The position numbers and the translations under genes were made by a program. This document shows positions 19,261 to 28,559 of a DNA stretch of 56,278 nucleotides, piece after piece. The notes below the pieces were generated by a model. The model had not been told where the DNA came from and did no database searches. It worked only from the letters and a program-made list of their open reading frames with translations. Position 1 is the stretch's first letter. The number at the start of each line of letters is the position of its first letter. This stretch comes from a virus (lineage: Duplodnaviria; Caudoviricetes). The stretch spans positions 1 to 56,278 of IMG/VR virus record IMGVR_UViG_3300008219_003867. One strand, 5' to 3'.

Positions 19261-19421
19261 TGACGGCTTATTCAACTTACTGGGCGTATATAAACAATAA
19301 TTACAAATGGTACGCTTGGTATTATTTAGACGGAAAAGTTAAAATAAAGCTGGGGCCATTTTACACACAAGACGAAGCTCAAGAAGCGGTAGAACAATAT
19401 GAAAATCCTTATCTCAAGTGA
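19260..19421 (+). CDS. 53-aa AP2-like small protein (absent from ORF track)
   Basis: MTAYSTYWAYINNNYKWYAWYYLDGKVKIKLGPFYTQDEAQEAVEQYENPYLK; TAATG-coupled to the upstream gene and fills the gap exactly. Confidence 0.7.
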   Translation: MTAYSTYWAYINNNYKWYAWYYLDGKVKIKLGPFYTQDEAQEAVEQYENPYLK

Positions 19422-20445
19422 CGGCCCCCACGCGCATTACTACATAAGAATGTCTTGGGGTAAAGTTTTTGCAGACTCAGGACATCAGGTAAGAATGTGG
19501 GAAATAAACCAAGAGTCTGCCTTTGATGCATTCGACGAGTTTGAACCAGATCTTTTTATGGGTCAAACATACAATTTAGATAAAGCGGTCTTTAAGTGTA
19601 TTAAAGAAAGACCCCATATGAAGGTTGTTTTGCGAGCCTCTGACTGGGGGGATATACAAGACGATATAGACCTTGATAAATATCCAATACTTGTAGCCCA
19701 AGAAGAAGAAAAGAAACTACTTGAAAAACTAAAGAAAGAAACCGGAAAACCAGATTTTGTTCACAATCATTACCATGACAACTGGATTAATCAGACGCAC
19801 GGCAAGTGGAACGATATAGGCATTAGGCCCGTTTCCCTAATGCATGCCGCTGATATATTTGACTTTTATCCCCAGCAAGCAGTAAACCTTCTTAAATGTG
19901 ACATAGGGTTTGTTGGTGGGTATTGGCCATACAAGGCTATTAACCTTGATAAGTATTTGATTAGTCTATGCAATCCAGTTGGCAAATATAATATAAAAAT
20001 ATTTAGCGGCTCTAGTTGGCCAGTATGTCAACATCTTGGAAAAATTGATAATAACAATGTCGGAGCTTTATTTTCATCTGCTACGGTTTGTCCAAATATA
20101 AGTGAACCACACTCTCAAGATTTTGGATATGATATAATTGAACGACCGTTTAAAATATTAATGAGCGGGGGTTTTTGCATATCTGACTATGTTGAGTCTA
20201 TGGCCAATGACGTATTTACTAATGATGAAATTCTTTTTGCAAAAACTCCTGAAGAATTTAAGCAATTAATTGATTTCTACATTAAAAATCCCGAAAAAAG
20301 AATGAAACACATAAAAGCTGGTTATGAACTAGTTGCACAAAACCATACCTATTTTCATAGAGTTGCTAAAATATTTTCAGAATTGGGTTTAAAGCGGGAA
20401 TCAGACCTTTGCGAGGAAACAATGATGAAACACTTTGGGGATTAA
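19399..20445 (+). CDS. CgeB-like (Glyco_trans_1_2) glycosyltransferase
   Basis: HAAD, CDIGFVG, CPNI, ERPFKILMSGGFCISD, HTYFHR. Confidence 0.82.
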   Translation: MKILISSDGPHAHYYIRMSWGKVFADSGHQVRMWEINQESAFDAFDEFEPDLFMGQTYNLDKAVFKCIKERPHMKVVLRASDWGDIQDDIDLDKYPILVAQEEEKKLLEKLKKETGKPDFVHNHYHDNWINQTHGKWNDIGIRPVSLMHAADIFDFYPQQAVNLLKCDIGFVGGYWPYKAINLDKYLISLCNPVGKYNIKIFSGSSWPVCQHLGKIDNNNVGALFSSATVCPNISEPHSQDFGYDIIERPFKILMSGGFCISDYVESMANDVFTNDEILFAKTPEEFKQLIDFYIKNPEKRMKHIKAGYELVAQNHTYFHRVAKIFSELGLKRESDLCEETMMKHFGD

Positions 20446-20446
20446 A

Positions 20447-21400
20447 ATGACAGTTGTAATTACAGGTGGAAATGGGTTCGTTGGAAGAAACCTAATTAGA
20501 AAGCTATACAAAAATAAGCTTGTCTTTGGAGACATAATCAACATAAGCAGGAAAAACTTTGTCTCTCCTTTTGTAAGCCATTCGTACAGATGTGATTTAG
20601 GATTTACTGACGATTTTGATGCTCAGTTTGAATGTCTCAAATTCGTAATGAATAAGCATAGGCCGGAATATATATTTCATCTTGCTGGCAAGGCTACCGT
20701 TAAAATGGACGGAAACGAACCCTTCGAGATCATTCAAGACAACATCTTAAGCACACAGAAGGTTTGCCAGTGGTCGCCTAAAGACGCTAGGGTTGTTTTG
20801 GCTTCTTCCGTAATCGTTTATGGTGATTGGCTATTCAATCCTCCACCCTCTGGAGATCCTAGATACGAAGAATCCTACAAAACAGAACCAACTTCTATTT
20901 ACGGAATGACAAAGCAGGCTTCCGAAGGAATACTCAGGTATTACACCAGTATAGGAAAAATAAGCGGGGTGTCGGCTCGTATGTGCGCGACTGTTGGTCG
21001 TGGGTTAACCCACGGGGTTGTTTATGATTTTATTAAGAAGGTTCTAAATAACCCCACGCTAGAAGCTTTAGGAAGCAAGCCGGGGTCTACCAAGCCGTAT
21101 TGCTACATAAACGACTTAGTTGATGCTCTTATGATATTATCAATGAAGAAGGATGTTGATTTAGAATATAACATAGTTCCTGATGACGAAATTAGCATCG
21201 AAGAGGTTGCTAAATCAGTAATGATAGGCTTAGGTGTTTCTAAAGATATAGAATGGCTTGGGGATGCTGCCAATTGGAAAGGCGACAATAAATTAATTTC
21301 GGTTAATAACGACAGGCTAAAAAGCATCGGGTGGGTTCCGCGATATAATTCTAGGCAAGCGATTATACAAGCCGTTAAGGACTCAAGAATAAAAAGATGA
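20447..21400 (+). CDS. NAD-dependent epimerase/dehydratase (extended SDR)
   Basis: TGGNGFVG, HLAG, ASSVIVYG, YGMTK. Confidence 0.92.
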   Translation: MTVVITGGNGFVGRNLIRKLYKNKLVFGDIINISRKNFVSPFVSHSYRCDLGFTDDFDAQFECLKFVMNKHRPEYIFHLAGKATVKMDGNEPFEIIQDNILSTQKVCQWSPKDARVVLASSVIVYGDWLFNPPPSGDPRYEESYKTEPTSIYGMTKQASEGILRYYTSIGKISGVSARMCATVGRGLTHGVVYDFIKKVLNNPTLEALGSKPGSTKPYCYINDLVDALMILSMKKDVDLEYNIVPDDEISIEEVAKSVMIGLGVSKDIEWLGDAANWKGDNKLISVNNDRLKSIGWVPRYNSRQAIIQAVKDSRIKR

Positions 21401-22406
21401 AAATACTCTTCAATCCTCTAATGCCAATAGACCTCAATATGGCAAACATGGTGTCAGATTATCAATCCGACATGATATTTCATGGCTTGGTCAAAAATCT
21501 AGGAAAAAATGTTCATACAGATTATGATTTATGGTGGCATCATAAAAGCGAAAAAGAGAAAAACCCACAACGCTTTAGGGAAATTTGGGGCAAGGGTTTT
21601 ACCATGTATGGCCTTCTTGATAAAGAAGAGTACACGTATAGTTCTTCAGATGATGTAAATGCATATGACGCAGTAGTTATCCCCATACATCACACCATGA
21701 ACAAACAAGATGCATACTTGAAAAAGCTACTAGATTTTTTTATAGAAGCAGGATACGAAAAAAATCAGCTAATAGTTATAGACGGCTGGGATCAAGAATA
21801 CATAAATCAGGACTTGGCTGGCTTATGCACATATTACAAAAGAGAAATGAAAGATCACCATGAAGAGCATGCTTACCCAATTTCTTTTGCCATGCCTAAA
21901 GAAAAAATACGACAACTAGACGACTCAAAAAGAAACGTTGCCTTTGCTCCGTTAATACCGGTCAATCAATCTGTTGACCCCTCATACATGTCTACATATA
22001 TATATGGTACGGAAGAAAGCTATTATGATATGTACCAAACAGCCTATTTTTCATACACCTCAAAAAAGGGTGGCTGGGATACCCTCCGTCATTATGAAAT
22101 CATAGCTAATGGCTCTATTCCCTTTTTTGTTGATATAGAAAATTGTCCTAAGCACACGCTTTGGGATCTTCCGAAGAAGACTTTGTTGCAAGCAAGAAAC
22201 ATACTGGGAGGAAGGCCAAACCTTCAGAAGGGGTCTGGAGAGGTCAGGCGCTTCCTCACTGTGGGGTGATTGCTAAAGACAAACCCGGAGAGCTTGAAGA
22301 CTTTCACGAAATTTTATGGCAACATTACAGAGATGAAATTTATGTTTGGTTAAATGACAGGGCGACAACAGAAGTGTTGGCCAGCTACGTTTTGGGGAAA
22401 ATATAA
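21397..22406 (+). pseudogene. Glycosyltransferase-like gene split by an apparent -1 frameshift near 22200-22260
   Basis: ORF 21397-22269 (DYQSD, IDGWD, KKGGWDTLRHYEIIANGSIP) overlaps a -1-frame ORF ending TTEVLASYVLGKI, whose stop is TAATG-coupled to the next gene. Could be a true lesion, recoding or a sequence error. Confidence 0.55.
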
Positions 22407-23119
22407 TGTTTGGGATAAAAAAAGCGTACTGCCTGTGTTTAGACAAGAGGGAAGAGCATTGGGTTGATCTAAAGCAGCAGTGCGAATCCAAAGGATTGGA
22501 ATTTAATCGCTTTCTAGTTGGCGAGGGTAAAATTTTTGATTTGCAAGAGTATGACAAGATAGACATAGAAAACCCGCCTATTGACAACTGGGGATATGGT
22601 GGCCATGAAACAAACACAGAAGAAGAGATAAAGATAAAGAAAATAAAACACTGCAATGCATTTTTGTCACATCAGGCTATGGCAAAAAAAGCCCTAGAAG
22701 ATGGCGACGAAAAGGTTTTGTTTTTAGAAGATGATTCTTATTTTACCGAGAGGTTTGATCAAGTAGTTAGAAGAATAGCGCCTGAAATTGAAAAAATAAC
22801 CTACGACATGCTTTATTTAGCTTGGTGGATTGGGGATGAAGGCGATGAATTTAACGACCGCGTAGAAAAAATATGGGAAGAATCAGAGTCTATAGGAGTA
22901 GGAAAAGTAACTAGGGTTGGTGGATTGCACGGAGTTATAATTTCTAGAAAAATCTTAGACATCATAACTAGGTTAGAACCAATTAACCCCATAGACTCAC
23001 AGTTGTCTAAATTTTTTCACGATAAAATAGACTCACATTTTATTGCCCCCAAGATTATTCACGACAAAGGTATTTTCAGCGAATGTGAACAAAATATAGT
23101 GGTAAGAACAAAGCTATGA
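22406..23119 (+). CDS. GT25 family glycosyltransferase
   Basis: YCLCLDKREE, AFLSH, VLFLEDD, YDMLYL, GLHGVIIS, PID. Confidence 0.85.
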   Translation: MFGIKKAYCLCLDKREEHWVDLKQQCESKGLEFNRFLVGEGKIFDLQEYDKIDIENPPIDNWGYGGHETNTEEEIKIKKIKHCNAFLSHQAMAKKALEDGDEKVLFLEDDSYFTERFDQVVRRIAPEIEKITYDMLYLAWWIGDEGDEFNDRVEKIWEESESIGVGKVTRVGGLHGVIISRKILDIITRLEPINPIDSQLSKFFHDKIDSHFIAPKIIHDKGIFSECEQNIVVRTKL

Positions 23120-23466
23120 AAAAAATAAAGTCTTTTTTTGAAATAAATATTAGATCTGAAATGGCAGAGTGTGTTTCAATAAGACCGAGTAAGATTGAGG
23201 GAATTGGAATTTTTGCCAACGAAGACATTGAAGAATCAACAACTATTCAAAAAACACACTTCAACCACAAAGAACACGGATGGATAAACCTAATTCCAAA
23301 TAATAAATTTAATCACTCAAAGCTCAATGCTAATTGCATGCTGATAGAAAACAATCAATACAAAGAGCTTATTACTTTGAGGTCAATAAACAAGGACGAA
23401 GAAATTTTAGTTAACTATAATGACTGCCCAGAATTAGAACTTCCAGAAGAAGGATGGGTCGAATAA
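23116..23466 (+). CDS. Minimal SET-domain methyltransferase
   Basis: SKIEGIGIFA, FNHS...N, RSINKDEEILVNY. Confidence 0.88.
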   Translation: MKKIKSFFEINIRSEMAECVSIRPSKIEGIGIFANEDIEESTTIQKTHFNHKEHGWINLIPNNKFNHSKLNANCMLIENNQYKELITLRSINKDEEILVNYNDCPELELPEEGWVE

Positions 23467-23524
23467 CCTCAAGGCGGTTATTATATATAAGCACGTTAGA
23501 TCACGAAAAACAGGACACATAGCT

Positions 23525-24460
23525 ATGGCAAAAATATTGGTTACAGGCGGCGGGGGGTATGTTGGAAACGTTCTTTGCCGACAGCTTCTTGATAAAGGAT
23601 ATCAGGTTAAGTGTTTGGACAACTTTAATAGAGGACAGTGTGATGCTATCATTCCACTGGCAACAAACCCAAACTTTGAGTTTGAATACGGAGACGTAAC
23701 TGTTTCTGCACAGATGAACGAAGCGGTTAAAGGGTGCGATGCGATTATCCATTTAGCGGCAATTGTAGGGTTTCCAGACTGCGCCGCCCAACCAGCATTA
23801 GCAGAGGTTGTTAACGTTGAAGGAACAATGAATGTTATCAATGCCAGAAACCTCTATTCTAAGAACGTACCGCTTGTTTATGCGTCCACAGGCAGCGTCT
23901 ACGGCAAGGTAGAGGGGATTTGCACAGAGGAGTCCCCACTAAACGCCGTGTCGCAGTACGGCGTAAATAAGCGCGTTGCAGAGGAAATGGTATCTAGCGA
24001 AGAAAACGCCGTTTCTTTCCGTTTTGCCACCGGATTTGGAGTTAGCCCATCAATGCGGGTGAACCTGCTTGTAAATGATTTTGTTTATCAGGCAGTTACA
24101 AATAAGATGCTCACTATTTTTCAGGCAGATTTTCGCAGAACCTTTATTCATGTTCGTGATATGGCTAAGGCTTTCACGATGGGGTTTGAAAATATGGGAA
24201 ACTGGAAGCACAAGGTTTATAACGCGGGGGCAAACCATCTCAATTGGACAAAAAGGGAGTTAGCGGAGTATGTTAAGGAGCATACTGGATGTTTTGTTCA
24301 TTATGAAGAAATTGGTGAAGATGCCGACCAAAGAGATTACGAAGTTAGTTATGATAAGCTAGATTCCGAAGGGTTCTCTTGCAGCGTAGACATGAAAACC
24401 GGTATACAAGAATTGATTAAGGTAACGCCTATTTTACAGATAAGGCATCAATATTCATGA
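23525..24460 (+). CDS. NAD-dependent epimerase/dehydratase (extended SDR)
   Basis: TGGGGYVG, HLAAIVG, ASTGSVYG, YGVNK, RTFIHVRD; AGGA RBS at 23512-23515. Confidence 0.93.
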   Translation: MAKILVTGGGGYVGNVLCRQLLDKGYQVKCLDNFNRGQCDAIIPLATNPNFEFEYGDVTVSAQMNEAVKGCDAIIHLAAIVGFPDCAAQPALAEVVNVEGTMNVINARNLYSKNVPLVYASTGSVYGKVEGICTEESPLNAVSQYGVNKRVAEEMVSSEENAVSFRFATGFGVSPSMRVNLLVNDFVYQAVTNKMLTIFQADFRRTFIHVRDMAKAFTMGFENMGNWKHKVYNAGANHLNWTKRELAEYVKEHTGCFVHYEEIGEDADQRDYEVSYDKLDSEGFSCSVDMKTGIQELIKVTPILQIRHQYS

Positions 24461-25410
24461 TAGATATTAAAGGTTCGACAATTTTGGTAACGGGCGGTGA
24501 GGGCTTTCTCGGCACGGCAATATGCAAAAAGATCGCAGAAAAGGGAGCTACCCCACTTGTTTTGAAGCATAGGGAAGTAAATCTTCATGATCTTCAAGCA
24601 ACAATACACTTCTTGACTGCTCATAAACCAAGTTTTTGTATACACGCCGCTGGCTATAATGGGGGTATAGAATTTAACCGAATGTATCCAGCAGACATTC
24701 TCTACTCAAATACGGTCATGGGGCTAAATCTTCATCACGCATGTGAATACACCGGTGTTAAAAAAATCCTATCAATTATGACATCATGCGCTTATCCAGA
24801 CACGGGAATGGACGTACTAAAGGAAGAAACCTTTTGGGATGGCCTTCCCAACAAAACAATTAGAGCGCACGGTATTGCAAAAAGGATATTGCAAACAGCG
24901 TCGGAAGCGTATAATGATCAGTATGAGTTAAGTGCAGCCACTGTTTGTGTAACCAATCTATATGGGCCAAATGATACTTTTGATTTAGTTAGGACTAAAG
25001 TTGTTGGTGCGCTTATTAGAAAGTTTGTAGAAGCGAATATAGAAGAAAAAGACGAAGTTGAGTGCTGGGGAACGGGAAACCCAATGAGGGAATTTATGTA
25101 TGTTGACGACGCTGCCGAGGCGATTATTCAAGCCTTTCAAAGTTATCATGATTGTTCTCAACCATTAAACATTGGAACAGGAAAAGAAATCAGTATAAAA
25201 CAACTTGTTGACTATATTTCTAAAGCCGTTAATTATAAGGGAGAGGTACTTTGGAATACAGAAAAGCCAGATGGCCAAATGAAGAAACTTTTGGACACAA
25301 CCAGAATGAAAGACTTTGTAAAAATTACCCCGATAGATGTTGAAGAAGGCATTAAACATACCGTACAATGGTATAAAGCAAACAAAGAAGAGGCTGATGC
25401 AAAGAAATAA
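24457..25410 (+). CDS. GDP-L-fucose synthase (Fcl/WcaG)-like SDR with altered active site
   Basis: TGGEGFLG, GGIEFN...PAD, TSCAYP, TNLYGPND, WGTGNPMREFMYVDD, KPDG; the YxxxK motif reads HGIAK. Confidence 0.85.
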   Translation: MIDIKGSTILVTGGEGFLGTAICKKIAEKGATPLVLKHREVNLHDLQATIHFLTAHKPSFCIHAAGYNGGIEFNRMYPADILYSNTVMGLNLHHACEYTGVKKILSIMTSCAYPDTGMDVLKEETFWDGLPNKTIRAHGIAKRILQTASEAYNDQYELSAATVCVTNLYGPNDTFDLVRTKVVGALIRKFVEANIEEKDEVECWGTGNPMREFMYVDDAAEAIIQAFQSYHDCSQPLNIGTGKEISIKQLVDYISKAVNYKGEVLWNTEKPDGQMKKLLDTTRMKDFVKITPIDVEEGIKHTVQWYKANKEEADAKK

Positions 25411-25879
25411 CCAAATAGGGTTCTTGGTAGAAGACACATCTTCTAGTCAGCTATCATTTAATCTTATAAAAAATATAAACACCTACTTGGAAGACAAAAG
25501 CTGTGACTTTACAGTGTTTTTTGAAAACTCTTCCGCAAGTGTTCTAAACCCCAATTTTGCTTTGATGTCGATTAATGAAGTGTGGAGTTTTAATGGTGCA
25601 TTAATTGCAACAAATATTGCCACAGCAAGATCGCTTAGTAAATGCTTTGCGACTAAGAAAAAGTTTTTTTACGTTTGGGATATTGAGTGGACTAGAGAAA
25701 GAGTGAAATCTGTCACGCCTTATGAAATGACTGTTCAAGCTTTTTCAGACCCAGACATAAAATTGATAGCAAGGAGTGAGGATCACGCTAGGGCAATAGA
25801 AAACTATTGCAATAGAAAAATTACCGATATAGTAAATGATTTTAACATAGAAAAATTAGTGAGGATTACAAATGAGTAG
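25397..25879 (+). CDS. Hypothetical protein, possibly a stand-alone GT-B N-terminal-like domain
   Basis: Rossmann-like alternation (IGFLV, FTVFF, LIATN..TA, FFYVWDIEW, LIARS); overlaps both neighbours. Start set at ATG 25397. Confidence 0.55.
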   Translation: MQRNNQIGFLVEDTSSSQLSFNLIKNINTYLEDKSCDFTVFFENSSASVLNPNFALMSINEVWSFNGALIATNIATARSLSKCFATKKKFFYVWDIEWTRERVKSVTPYEMTVQAFSDPDIKLIARSEDHARAIENYCNRKITDIVNDFNIEKLVRITNE

Positions 25880-26660
25880 CGCTTTTATTAACAAGTACAA
25901 AGAATATATCATAGAACAATATACTGAGGAAAAGAAAAGCACCTATGAAATAGCTCAGGAGCTTAAAACTTATCCCAATAAAATTCGTAGAACTTTAAAT
26001 ACCCTTGGGGTTCCGCTTAGAGACAAGAGTTTAGCGCAAACCGTTGCTATTAAAAGCGGCAGACATGAACACCCCACAAAGGGAAAGAGACGAACGGAAG
26101 CCGAAAAGGTTGCAATCAGTAATGGCATGGCCACGTACTGGGACAACATGGAAGACGAGGAACGAGAAAGGCGATCAGAGCTATCAAGAAAACAATGGGA
26201 AGAAATGTCCGAGGAAGAGAAGGCAAACCTTCGCAAATTGGCGGCTGAAGCTGTTCGTAGAGCAAGCAAAGAAGGCTCCAAAATTGAAAAATTTATACAT
26301 GAGGGGTTGACAAAGGCTGGATATGGGGTTATCTTTCATAAGCGAGGATTAGTAGCAAACGATAAATTGGAAGTTGATCTATTTGTTCCGGCCTTAAAAA
26401 CGGCCATTGAGATCGACGGGCCAGCCCACTTCTTACCAATTTGGGGTCAACAAAGCCTAGATAGACATATTCGCTCAGACGCTCAAAAGGCTGGGTTGCT
26501 TATCAATCGTGGATTTGTTATACTTCGGGTCAAGAATATTATTCGTAACCTCTCTCAGAAAAATATGAGAGACACGCTTAGTAGTATTATTGAGCAATTA
26601 GAAAAAATCGAAAAAGACTTTCCACCTATTACAAAACGACTTATTGAAATTGAAGCATAG
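25872..26660 (+). CDS. HTH + NUMOD3-like + Vsr-like endonuclease (homing-endonuclease-like)
   Basis: STYEIAQELKTYPNKIRRTL HTH; KGKRRTEAEKVAIS; SKIE...VDLF...AIEIDGPAH...D..K. Confidence 0.72.
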   Translation: MSSAFINKYKEYIIEQYTEEKKSTYEIAQELKTYPNKIRRTLNTLGVPLRDKSLAQTVAIKSGRHEHPTKGKRRTEAEKVAISNGMATYWDNMEDEERERRSELSRKQWEEMSEEEKANLRKLAAEAVRRASKEGSKIEKFIHEGLTKAGYGVIFHKRGLVANDKLEVDLFVPALKTAIEIDGPAHFLPIWGQQSLDRHIRSDAQKAGLLINRGFVILRVKNIIRNLSQKNMRDTLSSIIEQLEKIEKDFPPITKRLIEIEA

Positions 26661-27580
26661 TGTATAGCGAAAAAACAATAAAAGAGCTTAAACAAATTTT
26701 GGAAGAACATAATTGTGCCATTCCAAATGGCGCAAAGAAAAAAGATTTAGTTGATTTAGTGGAGGCTATCATGGCTAAGGACGAAGATTTTGTAACGATG
26801 CAAAACGCCGGTGCGGTAGATTTGTTTGAAGAAGTATTTGAAGAAGAACAAGAAACTGATGCCGCAGACAAAGAAGCTAGCCCCGCTGAAGATGAGGATA
26901 GACCCTCAATATTTAGCGATGAATGGGGTGAGTATGTAATGGCCCACTTTAAGCCTAATGAATTGGTGGATAGAAATCCCATATGCGCTGGCCTGCGAAG
27001 GGTTGCCGAGCTTTTACTTGGTGACATCATTGAGTCTGGCCCTTCGGAAGTTTTCCCAGCAACAGACACTAATGGCCCCGGCAGAGCTACTGTGGTTTTT
27101 AGCGTTACATTTAATTGGATGAACAGTGGCGTAGCTAAAACCTTTAAAGAGGTAGCAGACGTATGGCACGGCAATACTGATGATTTGTTTTGCGCACACC
27201 CCGTTGCCACGGCGTCCACTAGGGCAGAAGGCAGAGCCTTAAGAAAAGCTCTAAAGCTCAGGTGTCTTGCGGCAGAAGAGCTTGCCAAGAAAGACATCGT
27301 TGAGATTGTTCAACAGGCCGTTAAGCAGGCTCCTACATCCGGCGAATATGAATCTGACAAAAGAATTAGTAGTCAACAAATTCATTTCATAGACAATAGA
27401 TGCAACCAATTAGATATTGACGTTTTCTCCTTTATTAATATAGGAGAGGGTGAGTATTCAAACATCAATGATGTTAATAAAGACAGCGCCAAAAAGATGA
27501 TTAAAGTTCTAAATAGTTATCAAAATGGTGGTGAAATTCCCGATAAAATTAAAGGCTATAAGATAAACTGGAGAGAATAA
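26660..27580 (+). CDS. HeH/SAP-like domain fused to a Rad52/Sak-like single-strand annealing domain
   Basis: TIKELKQILEEHNC...KKKDLVDL (HeH/SAP pattern); acidic linker; GLRRVA...ATVVFSV...ATASTRAEGRALRKAL; C-terminal SSQQIHFI...AKKMI. GTG start overlaps the upstream TAG. Confidence 0.6.
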   Translation: MYSEKTIKELKQILEEHNCAIPNGAKKKDLVDLVEAIMAKDEDFVTMQNAGAVDLFEEVFEEEQETDAADKEASPAEDEDRPSIFSDEWGEYVMAHFKPNELVDRNPICAGLRRVAELLLGDIIESGPSEVFPATDTNGPGRATVVFSVTFNWMNSGVAKTFKEVADVWHGNTDDLFCAHPVATASTRAEGRALRKALKLRCLAAEELAKKDIVEIVQQAVKQAPTSGEYESDKRISSQQIHFIDNRCNQLDIDVFSFINIGEGEYSNINDVNKDSAKKMIKVLNSYQNGGEIPDKIKGYKINWRE

Positions 27581-27909
27581 TGAAAGTTACTTATACTTCT
27601 GGAAGAACTAGCGTAGAAATTGAAGGCGACACACAGGTTGAAGTTTTTCAACAGTTGGCCAATTTCCAAGAAATTTTTGCAGAGAACATGTGCGGAAAGT
27701 GTGGAAGCGAAGATGTTCGTTTTCAAGTCCGAAATGTAGATGACAATCTATATCACGAAGCAAAGTGTACGGGTTGTAATGCCAAGCTTGCCTTTGGTGT
27801 CATGAAGAAGGGTGGAAGACTCTTCCCCAAGCGCAAGGACAAAGAGGGCAAGTGGCTTCCCGATGGCGGTTGGGTTAAATGGAACCCTGACACACAAAAA
27901 GAAGAATAA
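27580..27909 (+). CDS. Zn-ribbon hypothetical protein
   Basis: CGKC...CTGC; TAATG-coupled on both sides. Confidence 0.8.
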   Translation: MKVTYTSGRTSVEIEGDTQVEVFQQLANFQEIFAENMCGKCGSEDVRFQVRNVDDNLYHEAKCTGCNAKLAFGVMKKGGRLFPKRKDKEGKWLPDGGWVKWNPDTQKEE

Positions 27910-28559
27910 TGGTTGACATACTTAAGATGCAGGCTGAACAAGCGCGCTTGTTCAGAAATCAAAATCGTCAATTTAGAGAAGCCCTGTTTTCTTCTTTGGT
28001 GCATCTGAAACCAAAGTATTGCTTGGAAATAGGAACTCACATCGGTCAATCAACCGAGGTTTTTCAAAAATACTTTGATGAACACCAGCCTGATGGTGTT
28101 GTTGTCACTGTTGATATACATAAGTATAAAAACATTGAATCAAAGAATGTTAAACAGTTAATTGTTCACCCCCATGTTAACAATTCATCGGATTGGCATT
28201 ACGTCAAAAACGAAGAACTCCTTGATCATAACGTAGATTCGGTTGTAAAAAATACCGAATTAATAAAAGAGTCGATAAGGAATTTTTCTGCAAACCAATT
28301 TGATTTTTGTTTTCTAGACGGCGACCATCAAAGAGAGTCTGTTATTAAAGACTTTGCTATTTCAAGAAGTCTATTAAAAGAGCCTCAATACATATTGTTT
28401 GATGATACCGAGGACGATGGTGGTGGGCATGACTCTGTAGATGTATATAACGAAATTGTAGCCGAAGAAAAATATAACATCTACGATTTCTCTAAAGAAT
28501 GGAATGTCTATTGCGGCTGCGCTCTAATATGGAATAAAAAAACCCCGACAGTTCGGTGA
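27909..28559 (+). CDS. Class I SAM-dependent methyltransferase (Methyltransf_24-like)
   Basis: LEIGTHIG, VTVDI, FDFCFLDGDH, ILFDD. Confidence 0.88.
   Translation: MVDILKMQAEQARLFRNQNRQFREALFSSLVHLKPKYCLEIGTHIGQSTEVFQKYFDEHQPDGVVVTVDIHKYKNIESKNVKQLIVHPHVNNSSDWHYVKNEELLDHNVDSVVKNTELIKESIRNFSANQFDFCFLDGDHQRESVIKDFAISRSLLKEPQYILFDDTEDDGGGHDSVDVYNEIVAEEKYNIYDFSKEWNVYCGCALIWNKKTPTVR

Noticed and set aside
1-28559. Bacterial chromosome origin for the recA/dnaB/dnaG/dnaE and sugar genes
   Set aside because: These genes are not clustered like this in bacteria, they are highly divergent, and they co-occur with a T4-like dNMP kinase and a tail-like operon; a large phage fits better, though no capsid or terminase gene is in view to prove it.
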